DNA of 64,000 bases from Microthyrium microscopicum (Eukaryota), in the NCBI GenBank assembly GCA_010405405.1, contig MU004241.1, positions 1,337,942-1,401,941 on the forward strand, given 5' to 3'. The notes beneath the pieces are model-generated. The model was not told where the DNA came from and made no database searches. It saw nothing but the letters and a program-made list of their open reading frames with translations. This document shows positions 27,574 to 40,683 of the stretch, piece by piece. The position numbers were made by a program, and so were the translations under genes. Position 1 is the first letter of the stretch. Every line of letters begins with the position of its first letter.

Positions 27574-29469
27574 ATACTATTATAAAGTATATACTTATTC
27601 TTATAAGATAATTTATTCTAAGAACTATTCTTAAAAGTATAAATAATCTTATTAATTTTAATATAAACTAAAATAAGCTTAGTTTTATTATAAAAGTCTT
27701 AATAAGAAATAACTTACCTATATTAGTATAATATAGTATAAAATAAGTTAAAATAAAATATTACTTTTAAATAGTTCTTAGTTAATTTTATATTAAGGTA
27801 ATAAATAAAATACTTACTTATACTAACTTACTAAGTATAATAATAGTCTAAGTTAGAAATAAAGTAAAGTTTACTAGTTAAAAGAGAAGAAAAATATACT
27901 ATATAAACCTTTATATAATACTAATAAGAATTTAGGGTTAAGTAATATAATAATAAGCTAAGTAAAGCTATAATATTCTTATTAGTATATTTCTACTCTA
28001 TTTTATTCTTAAAGATTATTTTAATAAGATTTATAATATTAGTAATTAAGATTTAGTTATTATAGAACGTATTAATATTATTATTAATAAGAATAGTTAT
28101 TATAGTTTTACTAAAGTTAAAGTTATTCTTAATAAAAACTTAAATATTTTTAGTAAAATCTTTAAGTAACTTATTTATATTAACGTTTACTTTAAGTAAG
28201 ATAAATTTAAAAATATATAAGTTAGTTAAGATATATTATTAAAGATTAGAAGGATATAAAGTATACTAAAATAAATTAAAAAGACTTAAAAAGACGCTAA
28301 GTAGCTTAATAATTAAGAAAAGAAAAGTTATAGTTACTAAAAAGAAACTTATAACATAAAATAAGTTAGTAATAATAATCTTTATATATATTTATAAAAC
28401 TATAGAATTTCTACTTACTTTAAGATTTAGAGTATAAAAGATAAAAAATAAAAAATTTAGAATAAGAAAGATTATTTTATACTTAAATCTTCTTACCTTT
28501 TTAAAATAGCTAAATATTAATATAATAGTACTTAATAAAGACTTATAAGAGCCTTTTATAGTAAAGAAAAGTTATATATAATATAGTAAGTACTTAAAAA
28601 AGTTATAACTTTTTAAAAAGAAAAATATAATCTAAGCTTTAAAGTTTTTAAACTTTTAAGTAAAGATTTAAACGCCTTATTATAAATAATATAAAAAGGT
28701 TCTTAATTAGATGTAAAAAGTATTAAAATATATATATAAGAAATATCTTTTTAAGAACTTTTTTTAATATAAAATAAAATTAAAATATACTTCTAATTTA
28801 AAGCTAAATAAAGCTTATAAAGTAGTTTATATATAAGTTATAACTATTTAACTTACTATAAGCTTATTTATATTAAGCTAGTATAAATTTAGTATACTTA
28901 ATATAATATAGCTAATTAAGTTAAGCTATATATATTTTAATAACTAAATAACCTATACTATATATAAAATAACTATCTAATAATACTTTAATAAAACTTA
29001 ATTAAATATAAACTATAATACTATGCTATATTTATAAATAGATTAATTTAGCTTTAATAAAGCTAGTATTAACTAATTAAGATCTTAATAAAACTAGTAA
29101 CTACTTATTAAATATTTTACTAATATATTAAACTTTAATAACTAGACTCTTTTAAGTTTAAGTTAATATAGTTAATTATAACCTAAGATTAATAGAATAT
29201 AGAGAGCTATTTATTTAAAATAAGTAAAAAATAAAGAGCTATTTATCTTAAATAAATAATATACTAAAGTTAAAAAATAAAGATATTACTAAGTTATAGA
29301 AAACTTTTTAAGGTATAAGTAATTTAATCTTATATATTTAGTTAAGCCTTATTCTTTCTTAAGTCTTAATATAATAAAGTATAATTAAAAGCTATATATA
29401 AGTATAAGAAATATCTATTAGAATCTTTAAATATACTTTTTAGAATAAATAGCCTTAAGAAAGAAAATA

Positions 29470-29737
29470 ATATTAGAAACTAGAATACTTCTAATTTAAG
29501 ATAATTACTAATAGAATACGTTTATATAAAATAAAGCGTTATTAGTAAGGTTAACTAATAATAACCTATTATAAATATAAATAGCTTAGTAAAGTTCTTA
29601 TAGCTCTAAGTAATAAAGAAGAAAGATTATAAGGATCTAAGTAACTCTCTAATAATTACTCTTATTCTTATTTTTATATATCTATTTAAACTATAATAAT
29701 TATAGTCTTTACCTACTTAGAATAACTCGTTTCTAAT
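29470..29737. mobile_element. Fragment homologous to the internal part of the 28-bp-TIR element (family D); probably extends further left
   Basis: 29470-29737 aligns with 45515-45558 joined to 53244-53467 (e.g. aataaagcgttattag, aaactataataattatagt). This is the empty-site version without Gypsy A. Confidence 0.7.
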
Positions 29738-32700
29738 AGTCTAATAATAATAATTAATATAAAGATTCTTTAAAGATTTTCCTTCTTACTTATTCTTTTC
29801 TTCTTTTTTATATTAGAACTATTAAAATACTTTTAAGATATAAATAATAATGTTTTTAGATTTAGCTTTATAAATAATATTATATTAATTATATAAGGTA
29901 ATACTACCTAAAAGAACTATATAAGACTAAAAAAAGCTTACTAAAAATATACTAACTAGGTAAATAGATATAATATAAAGTTTACTCTTAATAAGTACTA
30001 AGTAATATACTTTACTTAAAATTTACTACCTAAAAATAAACTTATAATTTATAGTAATAATAAATAATATATTTACTAAGCTTATATTAGAGAGTATTAG
30101 AATACTAAGTATATAAATAAATAGAAGAATAAACTAGAGAGATTATATTAAAAAAACTAGAACTAAAAGATTTAAATAAATAATAATACTTTTAAGAATA
30201 ATATAATTAGAATAAAAACTAATCTTTAAAAAGATAAAGCTTCTTTATATAATAATCGTTAGGCTAACTCTTATATATAAAGTATAAATATAAAGTTTAA
30301 GATTATTATCTCTTAAGGCGCTAAAGAATTATTATAGACTACTAGTAATAATTTAGAATAATATACTTTATAAAATAATAAAAAAATATTAAAGAACTCT
30401 TATTACCTTATTAAATAAGGAAATAAGAGTTAAGCTACTTTAGATAAATACTATAGTTTTAGTAAAGAAATATACTAATAAGAATAAAGACTTAATAATA
30501 ATATAAAAGATAAGTAAAATTATTATTAAAGTATACTAAGTAAACTTCCTAAAAAACTAGAAGATATCTTCTTAGTAATAATAACTAAGAAGTCTAATAA
30601 TACTTAAACTAATATAGATATATATAACTAAGGTTATAACTTAAAAAGTTAATATACTAAAATAATAAAAGAAGAAATTAAAAATAAAAAGAAAGCAAAA
30701 TACTAATTATAAATAAGTAATATAATTAATAGATAGTACGCTATAAAAAAAGAAGAAAATAAAAACTATACTAAAGCTAAAGATATTTCTAATTAAGATA
30801 TATTATTATAGGCTCTAAATAAATACTTAAATAAGACTTATAAGAATATAATAGTATACTATTATAATATAAAGAACATTATAAATTAACTAACTAATTA
30901 AACTTTATAATAGTTTTAATAAAGTATAAGTAATAATACTGTTTTTTATATAATTAAAAGTTATTAAACTTAATAACTAGCTATATAGCGTATAAGTATT
31001 AATAATATTTCTACTATAATATTTATATAACTACTAATAATAAATAGTTTACTATATATTATTAAACTACCTACTATATTATAAAGAAAAATTACTAAAA
31101 TAAGTAATAATACTAAATAAGGTTTATATACTACTCTTTAATTTAAGAGATATCTAAGTAATAGCTAAATAGCTATTAAAGAGTAAAGCTTTTTAATAAT
31201 TTAGACTAATTAAAAAAATTATAGAAATAGACTTTAAAACGCGTAAAGAACTATTAAAACTTAAAGATTCTATAAATAACTAATTATAATATTATAGTAT
31301 TAATAAACTAATAATATATAATTATAAAGAAAATAACTAAGTCTAAGAACATAATTAATTTTATTTTATATCTATCTACTATTCTTTATTAAATAATAAT
31401 ACTACTTTATTTAATAACTAAGATATCTTTATTAATAAATTTATTTTTATACTTTAAGCATAAAGCTTTAATAAGATAGCTTATAAGTAAACTAAATCTT
31501 TATTTAATATAAATATATTAACCTTTAGCTTTTTCTTCTTCTACTATACTAATAAAGCTATAATAAAAGTAAATTAAGCTTTATAGCTAATAAACTTATT
31601 TACTAAACTATTTATAACTTATATTTACTTAATAGCCTTCTTTTTATTACTTAATAATATATACTCTTTTATATCTTTATAAGTATTAATTAGGTTAGCT
31701 ATTATTTTATTAAAAACGTATTAAAAATATTTACCTTACTTCTTTAACTTTACTAATATCTTATTATAATATTAAAAAAAATAAAACAATAAGAGTAAAA
31801 ATATACTTATAGCTTTATACTTAGACTTTTATTCTTTATAATAAGAGTAAAGATGCTAGCTAGAGCTAACTTAATTATAAATATAAGTAATTACTATAAT
31901 AAGCATACTAAAACTAACTAAATACTTATTATTAAATAACTCTATATAATAATATAATACTTAAAAATACTATAAATAGATTCTTATATTAAAGATATAT
32001 ATAGTCTATATTATAATAGTTAATATAATATATAAAAGAATATTAAAGGACTTATAATAGAAACTAAAATAGAATTAGTTAATTTTATATTTAAAGATAA
32101 AGTAAAGATTTTAATATTTATAAATAAAATAATAGTTTTTATTTTCTTTAAAGATAATAAAAAAAAAGTACTTATAAGCGTAGAATATTTAATAAATATT
32201 TAAAGGTAAGAAAAAAAGAAGAAAGAAAAGCTTATAAAAAACTTATCTTTAAAAAAGGACTTAAAAAAAGTAAAAAATATAATAAAAACTTAAAAAGAAA
32301 AAAAGTAACTAAAACTATATAGATTTAAAATACTTTATACTTTAAAGGTAAACTATATAGACTACTAAAAACTTAAAGGCTACTATTTAGTAGCCTATTA
32401 GATAGTATTAAAGAATATAGATTAATAAAAAAAAACTTAGTTAAAAAGTATTATAAATACCTTATTTAATAAGTAGTTAAAAAGAGAGCTTAATATAGTT
32501 AAAAGACGTTATAATACTAAAGCTTATTAAAAGTAAAAATTAATTATAAAAACTTAAAAATATATATTATATATATCTATTATAAAACTATATAGAAAAG
32601 TTAATTATAGAAAAATAATAGCTATAAGTCTTTAAAAATAAGAAAATTAATAAAAACTTAGTAAACTATAATAGTAAAACTTAATAATAAAGTAATACTA

Positions 32701-33158
32701 AATAGAAATAGATACTAAAAAGCTAGATTTAATCTATTTTAAGGAACGCTATAGCTTTAAGTAATTAAGTAATAGATAAGTCTTAAAAAGAAAACTAATA
32801 ATAAAGATAGTATTAAGAATTAAGATCTTAATATATAGTATAAAATCTATATAATATATAATATACTTAAGCTATATAAGGCTCCTAGTAATTAGTAACT
32901 ACTAATTACTTACTATATTAATTTACTAATTAGAATTCCTTTAGTAAGCTTTATAGTTTATAGAGAAATAATATAAGTCCTTCTATTTAGAAGTAATAAA
33001 CAAAGAGAGTATTATAATAATATTAGAATAAGGCTACTAAAAAGTAGCTAAAGAAACACTATAGGTTTCTTTATAAGGGTTTTTCTAAAAGTAAGAGTAG
33101 CGTCTATATAGCTTATTAGCGTAGCTAAAAGATAATAAATAAGATTTATATATATATA
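29738..33158 (+). mobile_element. Tad-like LINE copy 2, 5'-truncated inside RT
   Basis: Aligns with ~3226-4357 plus 19487-21761 and lacks the Gypsy B insertion (empty site ~30862-30870). Ends aagattta(ta)n. No clear TSD found. Confidence 0.85.
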
Positions 33159-36100
33159 ATAAATTCTTAGCTAATAATAAGTATAAAGTAAATAATAAGT
33201 AAAATAATTTTAATATAGTATTATATAAAATTAGTTATTAGCTAATTAAGGAATAATTATATTAGATCTTTCTTTTTAAATATAAGTTTTTTTAATAATA
33301 CTTTAATTCTTCTTTATACTCTTATAAGTAGTAATTTTAAGTTATCTTTTTATTTTTATATTATTATATTTTTAATATAAGTAGTTTTTATAGTAATAAT
33401 AGCTATCTACTATAAACTTTTATTTATTTTTATAGTGCTAGCTATTACTTATATTTAGTTAAAAGTTATATTATTATAATAGTTTTAATAAGATAAATCT
33501 AATTATAATAGTTTTATAAAATAATTCTAAGAAATTAATCTTTTAGTATAATAATACTTTTAAATTTATTATATAATACTACTTTTTTAAGCTATAAAGT
33601 ATATTTTTTATATTTATATTACTTATTAAACTTAGTTTTAGAACTACTTTACTTACGTTCTAAATATTATAGTAGCTTATAAGAGTCTTAGTTTTTTTTT
33701 TTTAAGTAAGTAAATTATAATTAACTTTCTATATAGACTAAAGTTTTACTTAAATAATAATATTAGTAAAATTATTACTAGTTTTTTAAAGAATATACTT
33801 TATAGAGTTTATTAATATTATTATACTTAGAAGTATATACGTCTAGTATTAGCTTTTATTATTTTTTATATTATATTCTAGTTTTATATAATATAAAATC
33901 TCTAATAGTTTTTTAAATAAGTAAGCTTATTTTTTATTTTAAATAAGATAGTTATAAGTTTTATTATTTAAGCTATTTTTAATAATTTACTATAATTACT
34001 AGTTAGTATTATATTACTTATTTAATAATCTAAATTACTTTAATATATAAATAGATTATACTAAAATTTATTAACTTTCTAGTTAATAGTTTCTATATAT
34101 AGCTTAATAACTTCTCCTTTAAGTAATATTTAAAAGTAATAATAGATCTACTAAAGTTTATTAAAACTATTATTTAGCTAGCTAAATAAGTAGCTAGGTA
34201 GTTTATATTATTATAATACACTATACTTTAAAATATATAAATACTATTAGAATATAAGTTAATTCTTTAAAGATCTATAAAAACGTTTAAGTCTTTATTA
34301 AAGACATAATATTAAGAATTAAACTTACTAGATTCTCTAAGATAGGTATTATAGTCTAAGTACTTTAGTCTAATTACTATTAAAAGCTAGTAAAACTACT
34401 TTTTTAGTTCTAGTATATTTTATAGTTAAGGAAACTAATAAGTTCCTAACTATTATAATTAGTAACTAGGTATAACTTCTAGGTAGCTTAGCTTATAAAT
34501 AAACTACTTTAACTTAGAAAGAAACTTTAGAGATTTTTAAGTAATAAAATAGAAACTAAGAAATTTCTAAGTAGTTTTTTAGTAATTACTTTTATTTTTA
34601 TTTCTATATATTTAATTTATTAAGTATATTATAATCTTTTTATTTACTTTATAATACTAATCTCTAATACTTTTCTATTTAATAGAAAAAGAGTATTTAT
34701 TTTTATAAGTAGTCTTTTTTAAACTACTATTAGCTTAAAAGAGTATATATTTATAATTACTTTAAAAACTATTTTAATATTACTTTATATAGTAGCTATA
34801 GTCTAAGCTTTAATAAATAAAAAAAGAACGTTTTATTTAATAAAGCTATTAATATAAGTAACTTTACTTATTTAAAAAATAGAAAGTAAACTATAGTAAT
34901 ACGCTAGTAAACTATAAATTATTATATTTAGTAGCTATGTTTTATATATAATATTTAGAAGTAGAAGTATAGAAATAACTCTTTTAAAGTTATATAGATT
35001 TAGAAAAGTAAAGTTTAAATAAATAAAGTAATTATTTAGAATTAATACTTAGTACTAGTTTACTAAGTAAAGTAGAGATTTTTTAGTTTACTACTTAAAC
35101 TAGAAACTACTTAGCTTAATTTAGATTAGTAAAACTTAATTTAAAAGTACTAGATAATATTCTAAAGTATTCTTTTAAATTATAACTATCTATTTAAGTA
35201 TTATATAGTAACTTACTTTTAATAGAAATTAATATTAGTAAAATAGCTTTACTATTTATAGTAATTTTACTATATATTAAAATATAGTTATAGTTACTTT
35301 TTTATATTACTACTTTTACTTCTTTAAATTTTTACTACTTTATATAAAAGTAGTATTTAGTTTTATAGTACTACTTAATTAAAAAGCTCTTTTTATTAAT
35401 ATTAATAATTTAGCTTAGCTAGAACTAATATTTTAAGTAAGTATTTTAAAGCTATTTTTATAAGTAAAAGTAATATTTATATAATAGCTTATTATACTTA
35501 CTAATACTAAGTAGTAATATACTACTTATTAACTTTTATAATTACTTATTTTTAATTAACTTTAGATAGTTACTACTTTATAAGCTTCTTTTTCTATTAA
35601 AGAATAAAATTAGAAAGCTAGAAGTTATTTAGATTTTACTTAATTAAGTATTCTATATAAGTAGTTATTATTATAAAAAAAGAAAGTAATTTTCTAGCTA
35701 ACTAGGCTTTAATTTAGTTTAGTAGCTTTTTTTCTTATACTATAGTTAAGTATATCTACTAGTTTTAGTAATAATTAAAGGAAAATATATATTCTTTATA
35801 GTAGTAAAAATATAGCTTTAAGTAAAAGTATATATAAGTAACTTCTAATATATTACTATTTAAATTAGTAAGTATTTTTTATATTATAGCTACTAATTTA
35901 GATAGGTTTTCTATAATTATTTCTAAATCTAATAGAATTATATATAAATATTAAATAACTTTCTAGGAGGAGTAGTATAGTAGTAGTACTTACGATCTCG
36001 CAGTAGGCCCTACCTACTTAAGATCCGTAGAGTATAGGTTTAATTCCCGTCTCCTTCACTACCCTAAAAAGGTAATTATTACTCGCTTTTAAAGCTATAT

Positions 36101-37657
36101 TTACCCCTTTTTAGGAAAGGTTATTCTTCCCTTTTTAGTAGGTATAGAGGATAAGCTATAGCTTTTTTTAATACGTTATAAAAGGTACAAATTTTTATAT
36201 TACGTAACTATTATATATAGCTATAAGATTATCCTTATTAAAGCCTTACTAACTAATAATAGACTAGTATTAAATTATATAATTAGAAACTAGCTACGTA
36301 AAGCTATACTAAAATAAGCTATAATACTACTAAAGTATAGTAAAATTAGCATACTAAGATAACTTTTTTATAGCTCTTAGTAACTAGATTAAAAGATTAG
36401 CCCTAGCTTAGTAAGCTTAAAATCTAGCTATATAAGGCAAGATTAGACTAAATAATATAGTAGTAAATTATAATATCTAAAGATACTATAGCTTAATAAG
36501 TATAGTACTTATAAGTTAGTATAAATAGCGCTATAGAATAAGTTAGTAAACTTAGGGAAGGTAACTTAGAATATACTAAGCTAAAGAACCCTAGATCTTA
36601 GCTTAAAAGTAAAGCATAGTATAGTAAATAGCTCTTAGTAGACTAATAGCATTGCCTTAGATTTAGTATTAAATAGTAAGAATAAAGAGATTTAATATAA
36701 TAATAAGGAAGGAATCTTAGCCCTTTAAGGAATAATAATATTAGCAACTTTAAGAACTTAAAGTAGTAGACTAAATAAAAGAATAATAACCTATAATAGA
36801 ACTAGCCTAGAGAAGTGCTAATAGGCTAAATACTCTCTAAAATTTAGTTTCCTAACTTACTAAAGCTTCTATAGCTTAGGGGGCTAATAAAGCTTAGTAG
36901 AGTATAATATTAGCCTTAGTATAAATTAGTATATAGAATACGATAGTAAGGTTTTTCCTTATATAGTTAGTATCTTAGTTTACTAAATATATAAGGGTTA
37001 GCTAAAGCTAGACTAGGCCTTAGGCCTAGAGTAAGCTAGCTTAGCTAGATTTAAATAGATTAGCTAATTAGATAAAGGTTTTTACCTACTTATTAAGAGT
37101 AGCGTCTGTATAGCCTATTAGCGTAGCTAAAAGACAATAAACAAGATTTAATAATAAATAACTTCCTAATAAAATAAATAGTACTAGTAAATATTTTAGT
37201 TTTTTTTACTAAAAAGTACTATTTTAGCTAACTTTAAAACTATATATTATAATAATAAACTAATAAATAATTCTAAAAACCTATAGGATCTATAAGCTAG
37301 TACTAAAGAATAGTTTATCTAAATTTAGCTTTCTTATAGCTTATATTTAAATAGTTATTTAAGTTTAAAATTATAAAGTTATTTCTTTTAGTAAAGTATA
37401 CTAAGAAATTCTTTCTAGTCTAAATTTTAGTAAAGAATACTAGACTATAACTTTAAAGCTATATATCTAATAAATAAAGTAGTTTAAAAGTAAATTAAAA
37501 AATAAATTCTATAATTTAGTACTTTTTAAAGCTATTTTTATTTAATCTTAAAGTAGAGACTTATAGTTATTAAATAATAAATTATTAAAGTTAGCTATTT
37601 TTAGTAAGAAATATAGTTTATTAATTAGTACTACTTATTTTATTATAGACTTAATTA
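33159..37657. repeat. Unclassified RIP-degraded sequence, interrupted by SINE copy 2
   Basis: Very AT-rich with TpA excess; no termini or protein motif I could recognise. Confidence 0.4.
35966..37154 (+). mobile_element. tRNA-headed SINE copy 2 (~1.19 kb)
   Basis: 14-bp TSD taaataacttYcta (35952-35965 / 37155-37168). Head 35966-36058 has A-box-like TAGTATAGTAG (35973-35983) and B-box-like GGTTTAATTCC (36037-36047). LINE-shared tail at 37094-37150, then (TAA)n. Reverse complement of copy 1 along its length. Confidence 0.88.
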
Positions 37658-38843
37658 TAGTATTATAATAAATATTATTAGTAAAAGTTTAGGTTAGCTA
37701 GTAGTCCTATAAGGTTCTTACTAGAATCGTTAGATATTAGTTTATTTTTAATCTTATTAGATTATACTTTACTACTAAGACTACTAAGACTACTAGGATA
37801 AGAGCTAAATTTTAATAGAAATTAATAAAGATCTTTAGCTTAGTAAGGAATATTAAAACTAATAATAAGATTCTCTAAGTCTAACCTTCTTTTATAGATT
37901 ACTAGCTATCTAGCCTAATATAGCTATTACTATATTACCTATATATATAAATTATAAGTTTTATAAGTATTTTAAAAGAACTAGCTAAATTTATTAAGGT
38001 TTTATAGAGTTAGTAAGAATAGAAGATATAAAACGCTACTTAAACTTTAAGTTATTAAGCTATACTTTTTATATCTAGGCTATAAATAATAATAGGGCTT
38101 TAATAATCTATAGCCTATATATAATAATACTTATCTTAACGAGCTCTATCTAATAGTACTAATTTTATTACTATAGCTAGCCTAATTAGAAAGTTATTAT
38201 AAAAGTTATTTTAGACAAAATAATAATTACTATATCTTAATAGCTATTAGAGCTAGGGTAATATAAATTATATAATAATATAGCCTTAACCTAGGGCTAT
38301 AAAACAATATATAAAACATAAGCTAAACCTAACTAAGAAGTTAGATAATAATAAATATAGTTTTAAGACTATAATAAGATATCTTTTAGAACTACTTATC
38401 CTACTAGGATCTACTTATCCTACTAGGATATTTCTTATTTTGTAGCTAACCTAAACTTTTACTAATAATATAAATAATCTAATTTAGAATATACTACTAT
38501 TTAGAATAGTATTTTAGTATATTTTAACTAACTAGAGTAAATACTATAAATATATTTAGAATTTTATTTCTAAATTAGTAAGTAAAGTTAATTTTTATTA
38601 CTAAGTTAGTAATATAGAAATTAGAAAGCTTTACTAAAGAATTACTAAAGAATTACTATAGACTTACTAAGAAATCTAAGAATTAATATATAAATAAAAT
38701 TTATTATAAATTTAGTAAAAGTAGATAAATAATATATTAGTATATTTCTTACTAATATTTATTAATATTTAGAATACGCTACCATTTAGCACTATTCTCT
38801 ATTTATTTATATTTAGAATAATATTCAATTTATTACAACACTG
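37658..38843. mobile_element. hAT-like non-autonomous element (~390 bp of own sequence) bordering the gene island
   Basis: Right end atttattacaacactg is the reverse complement of CAGTGTTGTAATAAAT; left end tagtattataataaat is its RIPed form. 8-bp flanks cttaatta / gttgattg agree at 7 of 8 positions allowing G>A. Confidence 0.6.
37674..38469. mobile_element. ~800-bp MITE-like TIR element nested next to the left TIR of the hAT-like element
   Basis: Inverted termini attattagtaaaagtttaggttagcta (37674-37700) / tagctaacctaaacttttactaataat (38443-38469). Possible ataaat duplication on both sides. Second copy at 1-376. Confidence 0.75.
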
Positions 38844-38873
38844 GTTGATTGGATTTGTAAAGTGGGGCAGCTT

Positions 38874-38883
38874 GTCACGTGAC
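38874..38883. promoter_or_regulatory. Palindromic E-box GTCACGTGAC, 143 bp upstream of the MFS start codon
   Basis: Perfect 10-bp palindrome with the CACGTG bHLH core, in promoter position; function inferred. Confidence 0.45.
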
Positions 38884-39026
38884 CCTGGACTATGGATTCA
38901 CAGCCACTGAGGCGAAACACCTCAGCTCAGGTGCTACCTCCAACATTTCTCTTCGTTGTGCATATTCAGCTCCTGTCCGATGCATTTCGTTTGCAAGAGG
39001 TCTATATCTGCGATATCTGAAACACT

Positions 39027-40451
39027 ATGAGGCAACCAGAACAGCCCATCGAAAATGATCTCGAGTGCAACGAAGTTGCCATTTCGGAACCTCCACAACC
39101 ACCAGATGGAGGGTTCGGCTGGGTAATGGTTGCGGCTTGCTCTACCATCAATTGTTTCACTTGGGGCGTAACATCGGTGAGAGACCTTCCTTCGACACCG
39201 TTTTAATCGTATGAGATTCGGCTAACCTCGAGGTATTCAGTCATATGGAATCTACTTGTCCGAGTACCTGCTTTCCAACACTTTCGACCGCGCAAGCCCT
39301 ATGGATTACGGTTTTGTTGGTGGTTTCAACTTTGCATTTGCCATGGTTATCGCTCCGTTAACGACCTATCTCGTCCCAAGGCTCGGGAAGCATGCCGTCA
39401 TGCTGGCAGGCAGCGTCTTGCAATGTGTCGGTTACATCGGGGCGTCTTTCGCAGGAAAGATCGTGCATCTATACATCACTCAAGGCGCCCTTGTTGGTTG
39501 CGGTATAGGTCTGATGATTGTGCCATCGATGGCCATTTTATCTCAGTGGTTTTCGCGAAAACGAAGTGTCGCCAATGGTTTAAGCTCCGCAGGCTCAGGT
39601 ATAGGCGGTATCGTCTTTTCCTGGGGCACAAGATCGATGATCAAGTCAATGGGACTTGCCTGGGCACTTCGTGCCACTGGACTGATCACACTAGCAGCAA
39701 ATTGCATTGCGATACTGCTCATCAGGGATAGGAATGATCACATCAAGCCAACGCAGCTAGCTTTTGACCTTGTGCTTTTGCGTCAATACAAGGTCATTTT
39801 GCTTTTACTGTGGGCTTTTATCTCAATGTTTGGCTACATTGCATTGCTGTTCTCCCTTTCGGATTTCGCGCTTGCTATTGGACTCTCGCGCGAGGAAGCT
39901 ACTGACATTGTTGGATTCTTGAACCTGGGTACAGCAGTTGGAAGGCCCATAATTGGCATCATGAGCGATCATTTCTCACGAGTCAACACTGCAGCAGTAC
40001 TCACGTTTTCATGCGGCATCATTTGCTTCGCATTATGGATGCCTGCCAAAACATATGGTCTGACGGTTTTCTTTTCCTTGCTCTGCGGAGCAATTCTGGG
40101 TGTTTTTTGGATGGCATGTATTCATTTTGCCGCCTACAACTTGGGAGCTGACTCGTACAGACGATATCTCCATTATGCGTTGAAGTTGCTGGTCTTAAAA
40201 ACCTTCCCTCGCTTCTCTCGCTTTCTTGGGCTACCATAATTCTTCCTACAACTTGTAAGTATACAAAACATCTTTGGAGGCGCTCCTAAAACTAAGGACC
40301 GACAGTTGCCGAAGCGATCGCTCTTCAAATACGCCGCCCAGATGCGCATATGCCGTACCTGTATCCTCAAATATTTGCCGGCCTGTCTTACATGCTCGCA
40401 AGTGCCTTCATGTTCGAATTACGGCGTGTCTTGCGCAAAATGCCGATTTGA
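39027..40451 (+). CDS. MFS transporter of the monocarboxylate porter (MCT/Mch-like) family; exons 39027-39176, 39241-40113, 40161-40254, 40306-40451
   Basis: N-terminal PPDGGFGW motif, SQWFSRKRSVANG loop and multiple hydrophobic helices. Splicing gives an open frame ending ...YLYPQIFAGLSY...KMPI*. Intron 2 needs a GC donor (GCATGT at 40114). Confidence 0.88.
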
Positions 40452-40683
40452 GGGGCCGGCGATTGGCGATGCAATCTCTATCATTACTAAAAATTGAGTG
40501 CATCCACAGAATCGAGTTCTAAAGTCTATGAGTATTATGCCGAGCTTAGCAATCCCTATTTACCCGTTGCTGTGTGCATACCTATAAAGCTACATAACAT
40601 GAAAATCGAAGCCCGGCTCAAATATGCGTACGAAATTAGCTATTACTATGCCTCCGTGGGAAAAAAAGAGCGGATACAAATGA

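Noticed and set aside
26561..29469. Possible captain recombinase or transposase in the RIPed stretch around the N gap
   Set aside because: Candidate motifs were too short and ambiguous after RIP, and the gap breaks continuity; left unclassified.
35966..36058. Functional tRNA gene
   Set aside because: A and B boxes are RIP-mutated, and the structure is the 5' end of a TSD-flanked dispersed repeat.
1..38800. AT-rich DNA as mitochondrial insertion, centromeric satellite or CRISPR-like array
   Set aside because: It resolves into transposons with LTRs, TIRs, TSDs and transition-type differences; no regular repeat-spacer or organellar gene pattern is visible.
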